A stretch of DNA of 64,000 nucleotides from an uncultured delta proteobacterium (GTDB taxonomy: Bacteria > Myxococcota > Myxococcia > Myxococcales > Myxococcaceae), in contig CAVUXN010000004.1 of the NCBI GenBank assembly GCA_963745475.1, positions 1 through 64,000 on the forward strand, written 5' to 3'. Below, in pieces: positions 40,115-49,985 of the stretch (its first letter is position 1; each line of letters opens with the position of its first letter). The position numbers and the translations under genes were made by a program. Below the pieces are notes generated by a model that ran no database searches, was not told the DNA's origin, and saw nothing but the letters and a program-made list of their open reading frames with translations.

Positions 40115-41470
40115 TCATGGGTTGGAGGACGTCTTTGGCGCCGGGTTGACGATGAGGGTCACACGCTCGTTCTTTGCGAAATACTTCTGGGCCACCGCCT
40201 GGACTTGCGCTGCCGTCACGGCGTCCCATTTGGCGACGATGGTGTCTATGAAGCCCGGGTCGCCCGCCCAGAACTCGCCGGACTCGAGGACGTCCGCCTT
40301 GCCGCCGAAACCCCCGACGCGCTCCAGGCGGCGCAGCACGTTGGCCACGCGGTTGCGTTTGGCCCGGTCGAGCTCGGCGCTGCTGGGCGGGCTGTCCATG
40401 AGCCGTTGCAACTGGGCGTCGAGGGAGGCTTCGGCCTTCTCTGGCGGGACACCCGGCGCCACCGTCACGTCCACTTCCGCGTAGCTGGAGAGCCGCGCCG
40501 TCTCGATGTCACAGTTGACGTCCTGGGCCACTTTTTGGGTGAAGACGAGCTCCCGGTAGAGGCGGCTCGACTTGCCCGTGGCCAGCACGTCGCAGAGGAG
40601 CTGGACGGCATAGAAGTCGTCGTTGGAATAGGCCGGCGGGATGATGACGCCGAGCATGACTTTGGAGAGCTGGACGTTGTCCGTCATCACCTCCCGCTTG
40701 GGAGAGGTGATGGGCTGCGTCTCCACCTTGGGCTTGGCGATGGCCGGTGCCGGAGGAATGCTTCCGAAGTATTTCTCCACCAGCGCCTTCACCTCGGCCG
40801 GCTTGAAGTCCCCGACGATGGCCAGCACCGCATTGTTGGGCGCGTAATACGTCCGGAAGAAGGCCTTCACGTCGTCCAGCGAGGCAGCCTGCAAGTCCTC
40901 GTGCGAGCCGATGACAGAGCCAAAATAGGGGTGGGGCTTGGGAAAGAGCAGCTCGACCATTCGGACTTCGGCGCGGCCATAGGGCCGGTTCTCCGTCGTC
41001 TGCCGCCGCTCGTTGCGGACGACGTCCCTTTGGATGTCCAGCTTCTGCTGGTCCATGGCGTCCAAGAGAAACCCCAGCCGCTCGCTCTCCAGCCACAGCC
41101 CGAGCTCGAGCTGGTTACTGGGGAGCACCTCGAAGTAATTGGTGCGGTCGAAGTTGGTGGTGCCGTTGACGCCCGTGGCCCCGGCGCCCTGGAGCATGCC
41201 GAAGAAGGCGGTCTCGTTCCCGGGGCGGTGCTTGCTCCCTTGAAACATCATGTGCTCGAAGAGGTGGGCGAAGCCGCTCTTGCCGGGCACCTCATTGGCC
41301 GCTCCCACGTGGTACCAAACCATGAGTCCCACCACTGGCGTCTTGTGGTCCTCGGAGAGGATGACGCGCAGCCCATTGGGGAGGGTGTACTTCTCAAAGG
41401 GGATGAGCGGGGGCTTGGTGGCGGTCGCGGCGAGCATGATGGAAACCAGCAATGCGTGGACCACAGGCAA
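40115..41470 (-). CDS. M16 (pitrilysin-like) zinc peptidase, catalytic subunit
   Basis: GFAHLFEHMMF (HxxEH), NGTT..DRTNYFE, VRNERR, YAPNNA. Confidence 0.92.
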   Translation of the reverse strand: MPVVHALLVSIMLAATATKPPLIPFEKYTLPNGLRVILSEDHKTPVVGLMVWYHVGAANEVPGKSGFAHLFEHMMFQGSKHRPGNETAFFGMLQGAGATGVNGTTNFDRTNYFEVLPSNQLELGLWLESERLGFLLDAMDQQKLDIQRDVVRNERRQTTENRPYGRAEVRMVELLFPKPHPYFGSVIGSHEDLQAASLDDVKAFFRTYYAPNNAVLAIVGDFKPAEVKALVEKYFGSIPPAPAIAKPKVETQPITSPKREVMTDNVQLSKVMLGVIIPPAYSNDDFYAVQLLCDVLATGKSSRLYRELVFTQKVAQDVNCDIETARLSSYAEVDVTVAPGVPPEKAEASLDAQLQRLMDSPPSSAELDRAKRNRVANVLRRLERVGGFGGKADVLESGEFWAGDPGFIDTIVAKWDAVTAAQVQAVAQKYFAKNERVTLIVNPAPKTSSNP

Positions 41471-41741
41471 CTCCTTGGTAACGGCGCAAAGACGTTCGGC
41501 ACGCGGGCCTTACGCTCGGTCTCGTCCCCAGCGCAAGGAAGAAAGCTCTCCACTCCCTGCTTCGGGCTTGCCCGGGGCTCCGGGACGCAGCTTCTGTAAG
41601 GTTTGCTCTCCCACAGTCACTGCCCAGCGCTCAGCTCAGGGCCCGAGCGTTTTCTGACGTCCCGCAAAAGCCGAGGGTGCACGGGCGTCGCGCTGGAGAG
41701 TTGTCGGGGTCAGGAGCTGCGGAGCGAGTCGCTGCCGCTGG

Positions 41742-42287
41742 TCACGACGCGTGGGCGGAGCGCCCGGTGAAAAGCCACGTCGGGCTCAGCACCAGCGCAA
41801 AGCCGCCGAGCAGCAGCAACAAGCCAAGCGCGCCAAGCTCAAGACAGCCCAGCGCTCCGGCCAGCGTTCCAACGGTGCCTGCGACGCCGAGAAACATGCG
41901 ACGGCCGCTTGCCAGTGCGGTGCTTCGCCAGGCGATGAGGGCCCCGGCCGCGAGACCACCGGCCAGACAGCTGACGAGGCACAGCTGGGTGCAGTCGTGA
42001 AGCCCGCACCCCAGGCCGGCCCGCATGGCAACGGCCGGGGCAAGGAGCGGAACCACTCCGGCCACAAGCCCCGGGAGCACGGCGCGCGCGCTCGTCCGGC
42101 GCAGAAGGCCAGCCCCCAGCGCCGCGAGCACAAGGGCACCGCCCAAGACGGGCGTCAAGCCTGAGTGGGGTCTGGCCAGGGCGAAGGCCACCAAGGCAGC
42201 GGCCGCCGCGACGCCCGGAAGTGCCACCCGCAGTCGCCCCAGCTCGTAACTCACGCGGGCGCGCGCCAGCAGCTCAGTCGAGTCCAT
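41742..42287 (-). CDS. Multi-TM membrane protein, putative anti-sigma
   Basis: About 6 hydrophobic helices and a CxxxxCxxxCxxxC segment; overlaps the 3' end of the ECF gene. Confidence 0.7.
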   Translation of the reverse strand: MDSTELLARARVSYELGRLRVALPGVAAAAALVAFALARPHSGLTPVLGGALVLAALGAGLLRRTSARAVLPGLVAGVVPLLAPAVAMRAGLGCGLHDCTQLCLVSCLAGGLAAGALIAWRSTALASGRRMFLGVAGTVGTLAGALGCLELGALGLLLLLGGFALVLSPTWLFTGRSAHAS

Positions 42288-42804
42288 AGCGCTCCCTCCA
42301 GGCCGTCCGAAGACGGCGTGCCGCCCGCTCGAGTCGCTTTCGAAACGTCGCTCCGGGGACTGCTGGGCGCGGCTCGAGCTCGACCCACGCGAGCAACGTC
42401 TGCGTGTCCTCGGGCTTGAGCGTGCCCAGGACTTCCTCCAGAGCCTTCTTCATTTCTGCGCGGAGTAGGCCCCGCTCGGCCTCACTCTCGGTAGCGAACA
42501 AGGCCAGCGGGGCATCGGCCGTCTCGCGCAGCCGAGAACGTTTCCGGGCAACGGTGCGGCACTCCGCGGTGGCCATGGCCAAGGCCCACCCCAAGGCGTC
42601 GCCCCGGGGGTTGAAGTCGGAAACTTTGAAGAAGAGCCTCTCCAATGTCACTTGGGTGGCGTCCTCGGCATCAGCCTCATTGCGCAGCATGCGTCGGCAA
42701 AAACTGCGAACCACCGGGTGGAGCCCGTCGAAAACCGGCCGCAGCATACGGCGGTCTCCCTCCGCAAGCCGGGCCATGGCTGTTTGAAGCTGATTGCGGT
42801 CCAC
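42274..42804 (-). CDS. ECF sigma factor
   Basis: MARLAEGD, ADAEDATQ, WALAMA; divergent region 4 ATFRKRLERA. Confidence 0.82.
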   Translation of the reverse strand: MDRNQLQTAMARLAEGDRRMLRPVFDGLHPVVRSFCRRMLRNEADAEDATQVTLERLFFKVSDFNPRGDALGWALAMATAECRTVARKRSRLRETADAPLALFATESEAERGLLRAEMKKALEEVLGTLKPEDTQTLLAWVELEPRPAVPGATFRKRLERAARRLRTAWRERYGLD

Positions 42805-43038
42805 CCGATGGATTCGCTCGCTTTACGGACAGAAGGGACAGTGTGGGCAGAAGGGGCAGCACACCGCGTGTGCGGTGGCCGCAAACGCCATGGCTGGTAG
42901 TGCCAGCCCTAGGAGGAACGTCAACTTCGTCTTCCAGCTTCGCATGGACATCTCCTTGAGGCGGACCGTCAACGGTCCGGGGCTCAAGGTCTATGGGCGT
43001 GGGAGGGACGAAGCGTGACAGGCCCCCCCGACGGCGCC

Positions 43039-46000
43039 TCAGGGTTCGGGGCTGGACAGAGACGGTACCAGGCGACCGCCAGAGGGGACTTTCTCCTTGA
43101 GCGGGTCATCCGCGCGATGGTCTTTGGCGATGAGCAGGTAAATGGCCGGCACGAAGAAGAGCGTGAAAACCGTCCCCACGGCCATCCCGGTGACGAGCAC
43201 CAAGCCGATGCTGTTTCGCGCCGCGGCCCCAGCGCCGGTCACGAGCGTCAGTGGAAAGTGTCCAGCCACAGTGGCCACGCTGGTCATCATGATGGGCCGA
43301 AGGCGCGTCATGGCCGCCTCCTTCACCGCTTCAATCTTCGTCTTGCCGGACTCCTGAAGCTGGTTGGCGAACTGGACGATGAGGATTCCGTTCTTGGAAA
43401 TGAGTCCCACCAACGTCACCAGCCCCACCTGGGAGTAGATGTTGATTGTGGTCGTCCACCCGTCGGTGAAGAAGTGCATCTCGGGATTCGGCATCTTCAG
43501 GAAGGTCGTAATCATCGACCCGAAGAGCGCCAGCGGGACCGAGCCCGCGAGGATGACGAACGGATCGCGAAAACTGTTGAACTGTGCCGCCAGCACCAGA
43601 AAGATGAGAACAACGGCCAGGAAGAACGCCGGCAGAAATTTGTCGCCTTCCGTCCGAAGCTGACGCGACTCGCCGGTGTAGTCCAGGACATAGCCCTTGG
43701 GCAGAATCTCCTTTGCGGTGGTCTCGAGGAATTTGAGCCCGTCGTCGAGTGACGCAGCAACACCACTGAGCTTGACGGCGTTCAGCTGCTGGAACCGGTT
43801 CAGAGAACGCGGCGTAACCGTTTCCCGGATTTGCGCGATGGAGGACAGCTTCACGAGTCCCCCGCCCGGGCCGGTGACGTAAATGTCGTTGAGCTGGTCC
43901 GGATTGAGCCGGTCCGTCCGGGCGAGTTGTGGGATGACCTTGTAGCTCCGCCCGGAGATGCTGAAGCGGTTGACGAAATTCCCGCCCACCGCCGCCCCCA
44001 AGTCCTGACCTACCGTTTGCAGGTTCAAGCCAAGCTCGGCCACCTTCTCGCGGTCGATGATGACTTCGGACTGCGGCTGGTCGATTTTCACGTCGATGAT
44101 GGGCGGGAAATAGAACTTCTTGCTCGCCGTCGCCTTCTCCTGAAGTTTGGTGGCGAATTCGAGCACCTCGGACGCCTCGGCCGTAGAGGCGACGACAACT
44201 TCGATGGGAAATGTCCCGCCACCCGGCAGAGCCGGCGGGAGCACGGCGAAGGTCTGGACGCCGGGAATGACCCCCACCCGACCCTGCACTTCACGGAGGA
44301 TTTGCGCCGCCGTCCGCTTCCGCTTGTCCCAGGGCTTCAATCCGTCGCCCCAGAAGCCACCACCGGGGTTGGTGATTTGAAAGGTGAATTGGGTCTCCGG
44401 AATCTCCATCAACGTCCGATTGATCTCTTTGGTGGAGACCTCCAGCTGGTCGAGGGTTGAGTTCGCCGGCGTGTTGAGGATGCCGAAGATGACGCCCTGG
44501 TCCTCGGCCGGAGCCAACTCCTTGGGCGATTGCATGAACATCACCACGGCCAGAAATGTGAACACGCCCCAGGCCATGTAGATGATGCCGCGGCGGGCCA
44601 GGACGAATTCCAAGCCCCTCCCGTACGCGTTGCGCAGGCGTCCGAAACCATGGGTGATGTAGCGCGCCAGGCCGCGCTCGTCGTCTCCGGGCTTGAGGAG
44701 ATAGGCCGACATCATCGGGGAGAGCGTGAGTGCCACCACGCCGGAAATGGTGACCGCACCGGCTAGGGTCAGCGCAAACTCCCGGAACAGCGAGCCGGTC
44801 AGACCTCCCTGAAACGCGATGGGTGCGTACACCGACGCCAGGGTGATGGTCATGGCGATGATGGGCGTGACCAGCTCTCGCGCACCGGTGAGCGCCGCTT
44901 GGATGGGTTTCATCCCGTCGCTGATGTGGCGCTCTACGTTTTCGACGACGACGATGGCGTCGTCGACCACCAATCCGACCGACAGGACGATGGCCAGAAG
45001 GGTGAGCAGGTTCACGGTGAAGCCAAAGACCTGCATCAGGAACACCGCTCCAATGAGCGACACCGGGATTGCAACGACCGGCACCAGCACCGAGCGCAGC
45101 GAGCCGAGGAACAGAAAGATGACGATGACGACGATGAGCAGCGTCCCGCCCAAGGTCTTGATGACCTCGTCGATGGCGCTCTGGATGTACTCCGTCGCGT
45201 CGTAAGCGACGACGGCCTTGATTTGCTCGGGGAGCTCCTTTTTGAGCTGCGTCATTTCAGTGCGGACGCGCTTGATGACGTCCAGAGAGTTGGCATTGGG
45301 CAATACCCACACCCCGACGAACACCGCGGTCTGTCCGCTGAACCCGACCGCAGTGTCGTAGTCCTCGGCCCCGAGCACCACGTCTGCCACGTCGGACAAG
45401 CGCACCAAGGCTCCACCGCTCTGGCGGATGATTAGCTGACGAAACTCGTCCACCGAGCGCAAGTCGGTGTTGGTGGTGAGGTTCACCTGGACTAGCGACC
45501 CCTTGGTCTGCCCAACCGCCGCCAGGTAGTTGTTTGTCGCGAGCGCCTGTCGGACCTGCGCCGGGCTGATGTTGAGCGCGGCCATGCGGTCGGGCTTGAG
45601 CCAGATGCGCATGGCGAAGGTGCGAGCTCCCAGAAGGTCCGCTCTCTGCACGCCCTCGACCGCGGTCAACCTCGGCTGGACGACGCGGACCAGGTAGTCG
45701 GTAATCTCGTTCTGCTTGAGAAACTCCGACGAGAAGCTCAGGTAGGCCGAGGCGAATTGACTGTCGGCGGACTCGATGTTGAGCACCGGGACCTGGGCCT
45801 CCGGCGGCAAATCACCGCGCACCTGGTCCACTTTGGAACTGATTTCGGCCAGCGCCTTTGTGGAGTCGTAGTTGAGCCGGAGGCGGGCGCGGATGATGGA
45901 CACACCCTGGCTACTGGTCGACTCGATGTAGTCGATGCCGTCGGCTGCTGCGATGACGCGTTCCATTGGCGTGGTGATGAAGCCACGCACCAACTCCGCG

Positions 46001-46164
46001 TTGGCACCGACGTACACGGTGGTGACGGTCACCACCGCGTTCTCATTGTGGGGGAACTGCCGCACGTTCAGCGTCCGGATGGCCTGAACCCCGGCGATGA
46101 CGATGATGAGATTTACGACAATGGCGATGACCGGTCGCCGGATAAAGAGGTCTGTGAACTTCAT
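43039..46164 (-). CDS. RND efflux permease (HAE1, MexI/MexW-like)
   Basis: FIRRPV, GLVVDDAIVVVEN, GLISKNGILIV, RLRPIMMT. Confidence 0.95.
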   Translation of the reverse strand: MKFTDLFIRRPVIAIVVNLIIVIAGVQAIRTLNVRQFPHNENAVVTVTTVYVGANAELVRGFITTPMERVIAAADGIDYIESTSSQGVSIIRARLRLNYDSTKALAEISSKVDQVRGDLPPEAQVPVLNIESADSQFASAYLSFSSEFLKQNEITDYLVRVVQPRLTAVEGVQRADLLGARTFAMRIWLKPDRMAALNISPAQVRQALATNNYLAAVGQTKGSLVQVNLTTNTDLRSVDEFRQLIIRQSGGALVRLSDVADVVLGAEDYDTAVGFSGQTAVFVGVWVLPNANSLDVIKRVRTEMTQLKKELPEQIKAVVAYDATEYIQSAIDEVIKTLGGTLLIVVIVIFLFLGSLRSVLVPVVAIPVSLIGAVFLMQVFGFTVNLLTLLAIVLSVGLVVDDAIVVVENVERHISDGMKPIQAALTGARELVTPIIAMTITLASVYAPIAFQGGLTGSLFREFALTLAGAVTISGVVALTLSPMMSAYLLKPGDDERGLARYITHGFGRLRNAYGRGLEFVLARRGIIYMAWGVFTFLAVVMFMQSPKELAPAEDQGVIFGILNTPANSTLDQLEVSTKEINRTLMEIPETQFTFQITNPGGGFWGDGLKPWDKRKRTAAQILREVQGRVGVIPGVQTFAVLPPALPGGGTFPIEVVVASTAEASEVLEFATKLQEKATASKKFYFPPIIDVKIDQPQSEVIIDREKVAELGLNLQTVGQDLGAAVGGNFVNRFSISGRSYKVIPQLARTDRLNPDQLNDIYVTGPGGGLVKLSSIAQIRETVTPRSLNRFQQLNAVKLSGVAASLDDGLKFLETTAKEILPKGYVLDYTGESRQLRTEGDKFLPAFFLAVVLIFLVLAAQFNSFRDPFVILAGSVPLALFGSMITTFLKMPNPEMHFFTDGWTTTINIYSQVGLVTLVGLISKNGILIVQFANQLQESGKTKIEAVKEAAMTRLRPIMMTSVATVAGHFPLTLVTGAGAAARNSIGLVLVTGMAVGTVFTLFFVPAIYLLIAKDHRADDPLKEKVPSGGRLVPSLSSPEP

Positions 46165-46177
46165 GTCGCCACTCTCC

Positions 46178-47386
46178 TCAGCGGTCGGCCGGTTGCGGGT
46201 CGACCTGGGCCGGCGCCGTGTCAGGTTTCACCACCACGGCCATGCCGTTCTTCACCTTGAATGCGCCATTGCTCACCACCGTCTCGTCGGGGTTGAGCCC
46301 CGAGACGATGACCGCGAAATCCCCCCGCCGTTCGCCCACCCGAACGAAGCGCTGTTTGGCGACCAGCCCGTCCTTGCCGTCCGCACCTTTCGTCTTCTCC
46401 AGCACGTAGACCGAGTCGCCATAGGGCGCGAAGATGATGCTGGTGGCCGGAACAATCAGCACGTGTTCGAGCTGGTCGGCGAAAACATCCACGTTCGCGA
46501 ACATCCCCGGCGTCAGACGGCCGTCCTGGTTTTCGACCGTGGCGCGCATCCGAACGTTGCGAGTATTCGAGTCCACCTCGGGGTTGATGGTGGTGATGGT
46601 CCCGTCCCAGGTCGACCCCGGAAAGACGTCCACCTTCAGGGCGACATGCTGGCCCAGCTTGACGGTGGCCAATGCCTGCTGGGGGAGCTGGAACTCGGCG
46701 TAGATGGGAGTCACCGTCTGGAGCGAGACGATGGGGTTGCCGGGCGAGAGCATCTGGCCCAGCTCGACTTGCCGGATGGCCACCCGGCCGGCGAAGGGCG
46801 CGCGAATCACCTTCTTCGCGATGGTTGCCCGGAGGTTGTCCACCGCCGCCTTGGTCTGAACGCTTCTGGCCTCGGCGGCTTCCAGGTCGACCTGGGTGTT
46901 GACCAGGTCCTTGCGCAGCCGCTGCGCGCGCTCCAAGGTTTGCTTGGCCAGGGCCTGGTCCGCGAGCGCCCCCTCGAGCTGTGCCTCCTCGGTGGAGGTG
47001 TCCTGGCGAACCAGGAGCTGGCCCTGCTTCACTAAGGACCCGTTCTCGAAGGCAATCTCTCGGACCGCGCCAGTCAGCTCGGCAGCGAGCGTCACACTGC
47101 GCGTGGCGACCAGCGTCCCGACGGCCGAATGCACAGGGCGCCAGTCGACGGTCTTTCCCGGAGCGGCGGTGACCGACTCAGGCGGAGGAACCATGATTTT
47201 CCCCGCCTTAATCATCGAGGCGATTTGCCAGACCTTGATGCCGGCCAAGGCCAGGAAGACGAGGAGCAGGACTCCGGCCGCAATGAGCCAACGGCGGACC
47301 TTTCCGGTCCTCTTCGGCTTTTCATTCGACAGCGAGGGTTCCGGGGAGGCGTCACCCCGGGCTTCCACTTCAGCAGGACGGAACAT
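46178..47386 (-). CDS. RND periplasmic adaptor (membrane fusion protein)
   Basis: N-terminal TM, lipoyl halves (G..VKQGQLL, IRAPFAG), LTPGMF, VSGL..ETVV. Confidence 0.93.
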   Translation of the reverse strand: MFRPAEVEARGDASPEPSLSNEKPKRTGKVRRWLIAAGVLLLVFLALAGIKVWQIASMIKAGKIMVPPPESVTAAPGKTVDWRPVHSAVGTLVATRSVTLAAELTGAVREIAFENGSLVKQGQLLVRQDTSTEEAQLEGALADQALAKQTLERAQRLRKDLVNTQVDLEAAEARSVQTKAAVDNLRATIAKKVIRAPFAGRVAIRQVELGQMLSPGNPIVSLQTVTPIYAEFQLPQQALATVKLGQHVALKVDVFPGSTWDGTITTINPEVDSNTRNVRMRATVENQDGRLTPGMFANVDVFADQLEHVLIVPATSIIFAPYGDSVYVLEKTKGADGKDGLVAKQRFVRVGERRGDFAVIVSGLNPDETVVSNGAFKVKNGMAVVVKPDTAPAQVDPQPADR

Positions 47387-47616
47387 GGTTGGGGGACCGG
47401 ACGGTGAAGAGTTCGAACCTCCAATTACCCGTGTTCAGCTCCCTTGGCTCGCCAAAATGCACGGGGAGGGTCCAAGGGGGCCGGAAGGGGGCAAGGGGGG
47501 GGCCATTTCTCCCCTACGGATGGCGCGGAAAGGGCTTTCCTGGCCCGGGCGCCCCTTCCAGCGACACGAAACTCAGCAGGGGGACGGAAAACCCCCTTGT
47601 GGGCCTTCGGGGGGCG

Positions 47617-48075
47617 CTAGAGAGTCTCGAGCAGGCCAGACTGGCGGACTTCCGCCATCAGCATCTGCCGGTCGCTGTCGACGAGGGCCGTCCAGGAGTC
47701 GTGTAACTCGGCCAGAAGCAGCTCCACGTGTCTGAAGTCCTGCTCGTTGCGCCGGTAGGCGGCCTTCTGGGCCGAGGTACTCTTAAAACCAGCGCTGGTG
47801 CAGCGCGCAGCGTCTTCCGAGGCTTGCTGCCCGAGCTCGAGAAGTCGGTCGAGCATGGCGGTGGCTTCGACTGTCGACCGAGCGGAGACCGGGATGGCCC
47901 GGAGACTGGCCGTGCGACGCGACCTGTCCCAGTGCTTGAGAATCTCGATGGCCTTTCGGTCGACGACCACGAGCTTCTCGTGCCTGCCCGCGCACCACGC
48001 GCCGTCGAGCACCGCGGGACTGCCCGCAAAGGCAGCCGAGCAGCACAGGAGAGCGGCGAGACAAACCGAGCGCAT
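47617..48075 (-). CDS. Hypothetical exported helical protein
   Basis: Signal peptide MRSVCLAALLCCSAAFA. Confidence 0.55.
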   Translation of the reverse strand: MRSVCLAALLCCSAAFAGSPAVLDGAWCAGRHEKLVVVDRKAIEILKHWDRSRRTASLRAIPVSARSTVEATAMLDRLLELGQQASEDAARCTSAGFKSTSAQKAAYRRNEQDFRHVELLLAELHDSWTALVDSDRQMLMAEVRQSGLLETL

Positions 48076-48332
48076 CAGGGCTGTTCCGAAGCAAACTTCG
48101 CGCCCGCAAAAAACCCCTGACGCCATCGCCCCTTGCCCGCGACCGGGGTGGGTCACTCCTCCTTCGGAGGGCCTCGGGGCGGGGTGCTGACGACCTCGAG
48201 GTTCTCCCCCGCAAAGACGCCCCTCGGGGCCGGCAGGCCCTCACGCGAGAGTGGCGGTGGCGCCCTGCAGGAAGCGTCCCTAACTTGGCCGTAGCTTCTT
48301 AAACGCAACGGGACGACGGCAGGAGACATGCG

Positions 48333-48482
48333 ATGAATCTACTTTGGGGCTTGGTGGTGATTCTCGTCGTGTTGTGGCTGCTCGGTTTCTCGCTTCACGT
48401 CGGGGGCGGCCTCATCCACCTGCTTCTCGTCATCGCTGTCATCGTCATTGTGGTCCGTCTCGTCACCGGACGTGGCGTCTAG
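48333..48482 (+). CDS. 49-aa lmo0937-family small membrane protein (missing from the ORF track)
   Basis: AGGAG RBS; MNLLWGLVVILVVLWLLGFSLHVGGGLIHLLLVIAVIVIVVRLVTGRGV*. Confidence 0.85.
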   Translation: MNLLWGLVVILVVLWLLGFSLHVGGGLIHLLLVIAVIVIVVRLVTGRGV

Positions 48483-48509
48483 CGAGGGGGGCTCGGCCCC
48501 GATGACGCT

Positions 48510-48875
48510 TCAGCTTGTCTCGTCGAGCACCCTGCGGGCCTGGCTCAGCGTTTCGCTGAGCGCAACTTCGGTCCCCGGAGCGGTTAGAAAACCGTTGACG
48601 AGTTCACCCAGCGCCTTTCGCAGTCGAGCGCAGCGGTCGACGAGCGCATCCCGCTCTACCTTGTAGCGCTCGGCCGTGGCGCCGGCGGCCTCGCGCTCCT
48701 GCACCACACGCGCGCTGGAATTTCGAATGTCAGTCAGGCCCTGGCGGAGCTCCATGCCCTCGCTCCAGGCGCGCCGGACCGCCGCCGCGAGGTGGCTCGC
48801 ATCGAGCTGTGCGCCCACCCGGTCGACTCCTTTGGGAAGCCGCGCTTCAATCTCTTTGAGCTCAAATTCTGTCAT
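48510..48875 (-). CDS. Hypothetical coiled-coil protein
   Basis: MTEFELKEIEARL..., charged heptad pattern. Confidence 0.55.
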   Translation of the reverse strand: MTEFELKEIEARLPKGVDRVGAQLDASHLAAAVRRAWSEGMELRQGLTDIRNSSARVVQEREAAGATAERYKVERDALVDRCARLRKALGELVNGFLTAPGTEVALSETLSQARRVLDETS

Positions 48876-49115
48876 TGGGTTTCCGTTGAAAGGCCTCGGC
48901 AACGTCCGGCTTTGGGGTTGACGCTCGCGGCCTGGGCCCCGGGCTGCGCTCACGGGGGGGCCGCAACTCGCGTCGCGTCTCCTCCATCAGCGGATGACTA
49001 TGGGCGTGTGGCGGAGACCGCGCAACTCGCAGCGGGGACGAGGTCTCACCACGGGGCGTCCTTCACGGACGAGAAAAGAGTTAAACCACGGGAGGCACAA
49101 ACGAGGGGTGGCGAC

Positions 49116-49358
49116 ATGAGCGAAGCGGACTTGAAGGCCGAGCTGGAGCGACTGAAAGCCGAGAACGAAGCCCTCAAAGCGCGCGGAAGCAGGGCCGTCT
49201 CGATGAAAGTCAGCGAGAAGGGCGGTCTTTCCGTTTATGGGCTGGGACGCTTCCCCGTCACCCTGTACCAGGAGCAGTGGCTCAAGCTCCTCGACCTGGC
49301 CGAGGACATCCGCGCCTTCATCCAACAGCACGAGGGCCAGCTGAAGAAGAAAGCCTAG
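49116..49358 (+). CDS. Small hypothetical protein with a coiled coil and a KVSEKG..SVYGLGRFPVTLY motif
   Basis: GAGGGG RBS, GC3-rich codons, compact globular motif. Confidence 0.8.
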   Translation: MSEADLKAELERLKAENEALKARGSRAVSMKVSEKGGLSVYGLGRFPVTLYQEQWLKLLDLAEDIRAFIQQHEGQLKKKA

Positions 49359-49445
49359 AGCGGCCCTCGGCGTTGGCCCGGGGGTGTGCGGCATGGCATG
49401 GGAAACGGCCCCGCCTCTTCCCGAGCGGGGTGCAGGCTCGTCGGC

Positions 49446-49949
49446 CTACACCGCTTTTAACAGGGTGTCGGCGTCACTCACCTCGAAGCGCGGGCCGACT
49501 TCGATGTTGAGCACCTTCACCACGCCGTTCTCGACAACCATCGCGTAGCGCTGTGAGCGGACGCCCATGCCACGGGCCGACAAGTCCTGGTCGAGCCCGA
49601 GGGCCTTGGTCCAAGTTGCGCTGCCGTCGGCCATCATTCGCACCTTACCGTCGGCTTTCTGGTCCTTCCCCCAGGCGCCCATGACGAAGGCGTCGTTGAC
49701 GCTGACGCACCAGATTTCATCCACACCTTTGGACTTGAAATCCTTGTAGTGAGCGACATAGCCGGGGACGTGCTTACCGGAGCACGTTGGAGTGAAGGCG
49801 CCGGGGAGGCCGAAGATGATGAGCCTTTTCCCCTTGACGAGGTCGGCGACTTGAAAGCTGTTCGGGCCGACAACACAGCCCGGCGTCTCGACTTCAATCA
49901 TTTCGGTGAGCGTTCCGTCCGGAAGCGAGTCACCAACTCGGATGGCCAT
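49446..49949 (-). CDS. Peroxiredoxin (Prx5 / type II)
   Basis: PGAFTPTCS..HVPG, SVNDAFVM.AW, RSQRY. Confidence 0.95.
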   Translation of the reverse strand: MAIRVGDSLPDGTLTEMIEVETPGCVVGPNSFQVADLVKGKRLIIFGLPGAFTPTCSGKHVPGYVAHYKDFKSKGVDEIWCVSVNDAFVMGAWGKDQKADGKVRMMADGSATWTKALGLDQDLSARGMGVRSQRYAMVVENGVVKVLNIEVGPRFEVSDADTLLKAV

Positions 49950-49985
49950 TTGTGCTCTCCTCGACGCGATTTTGGGTGGCAGCCC

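Noticed and set aside
39944..41599. 551-aa plus-strand ORF
   Set aside because: Antisense shadow of the M16 peptidase genes, common in high-GC DNA, with no motifs.
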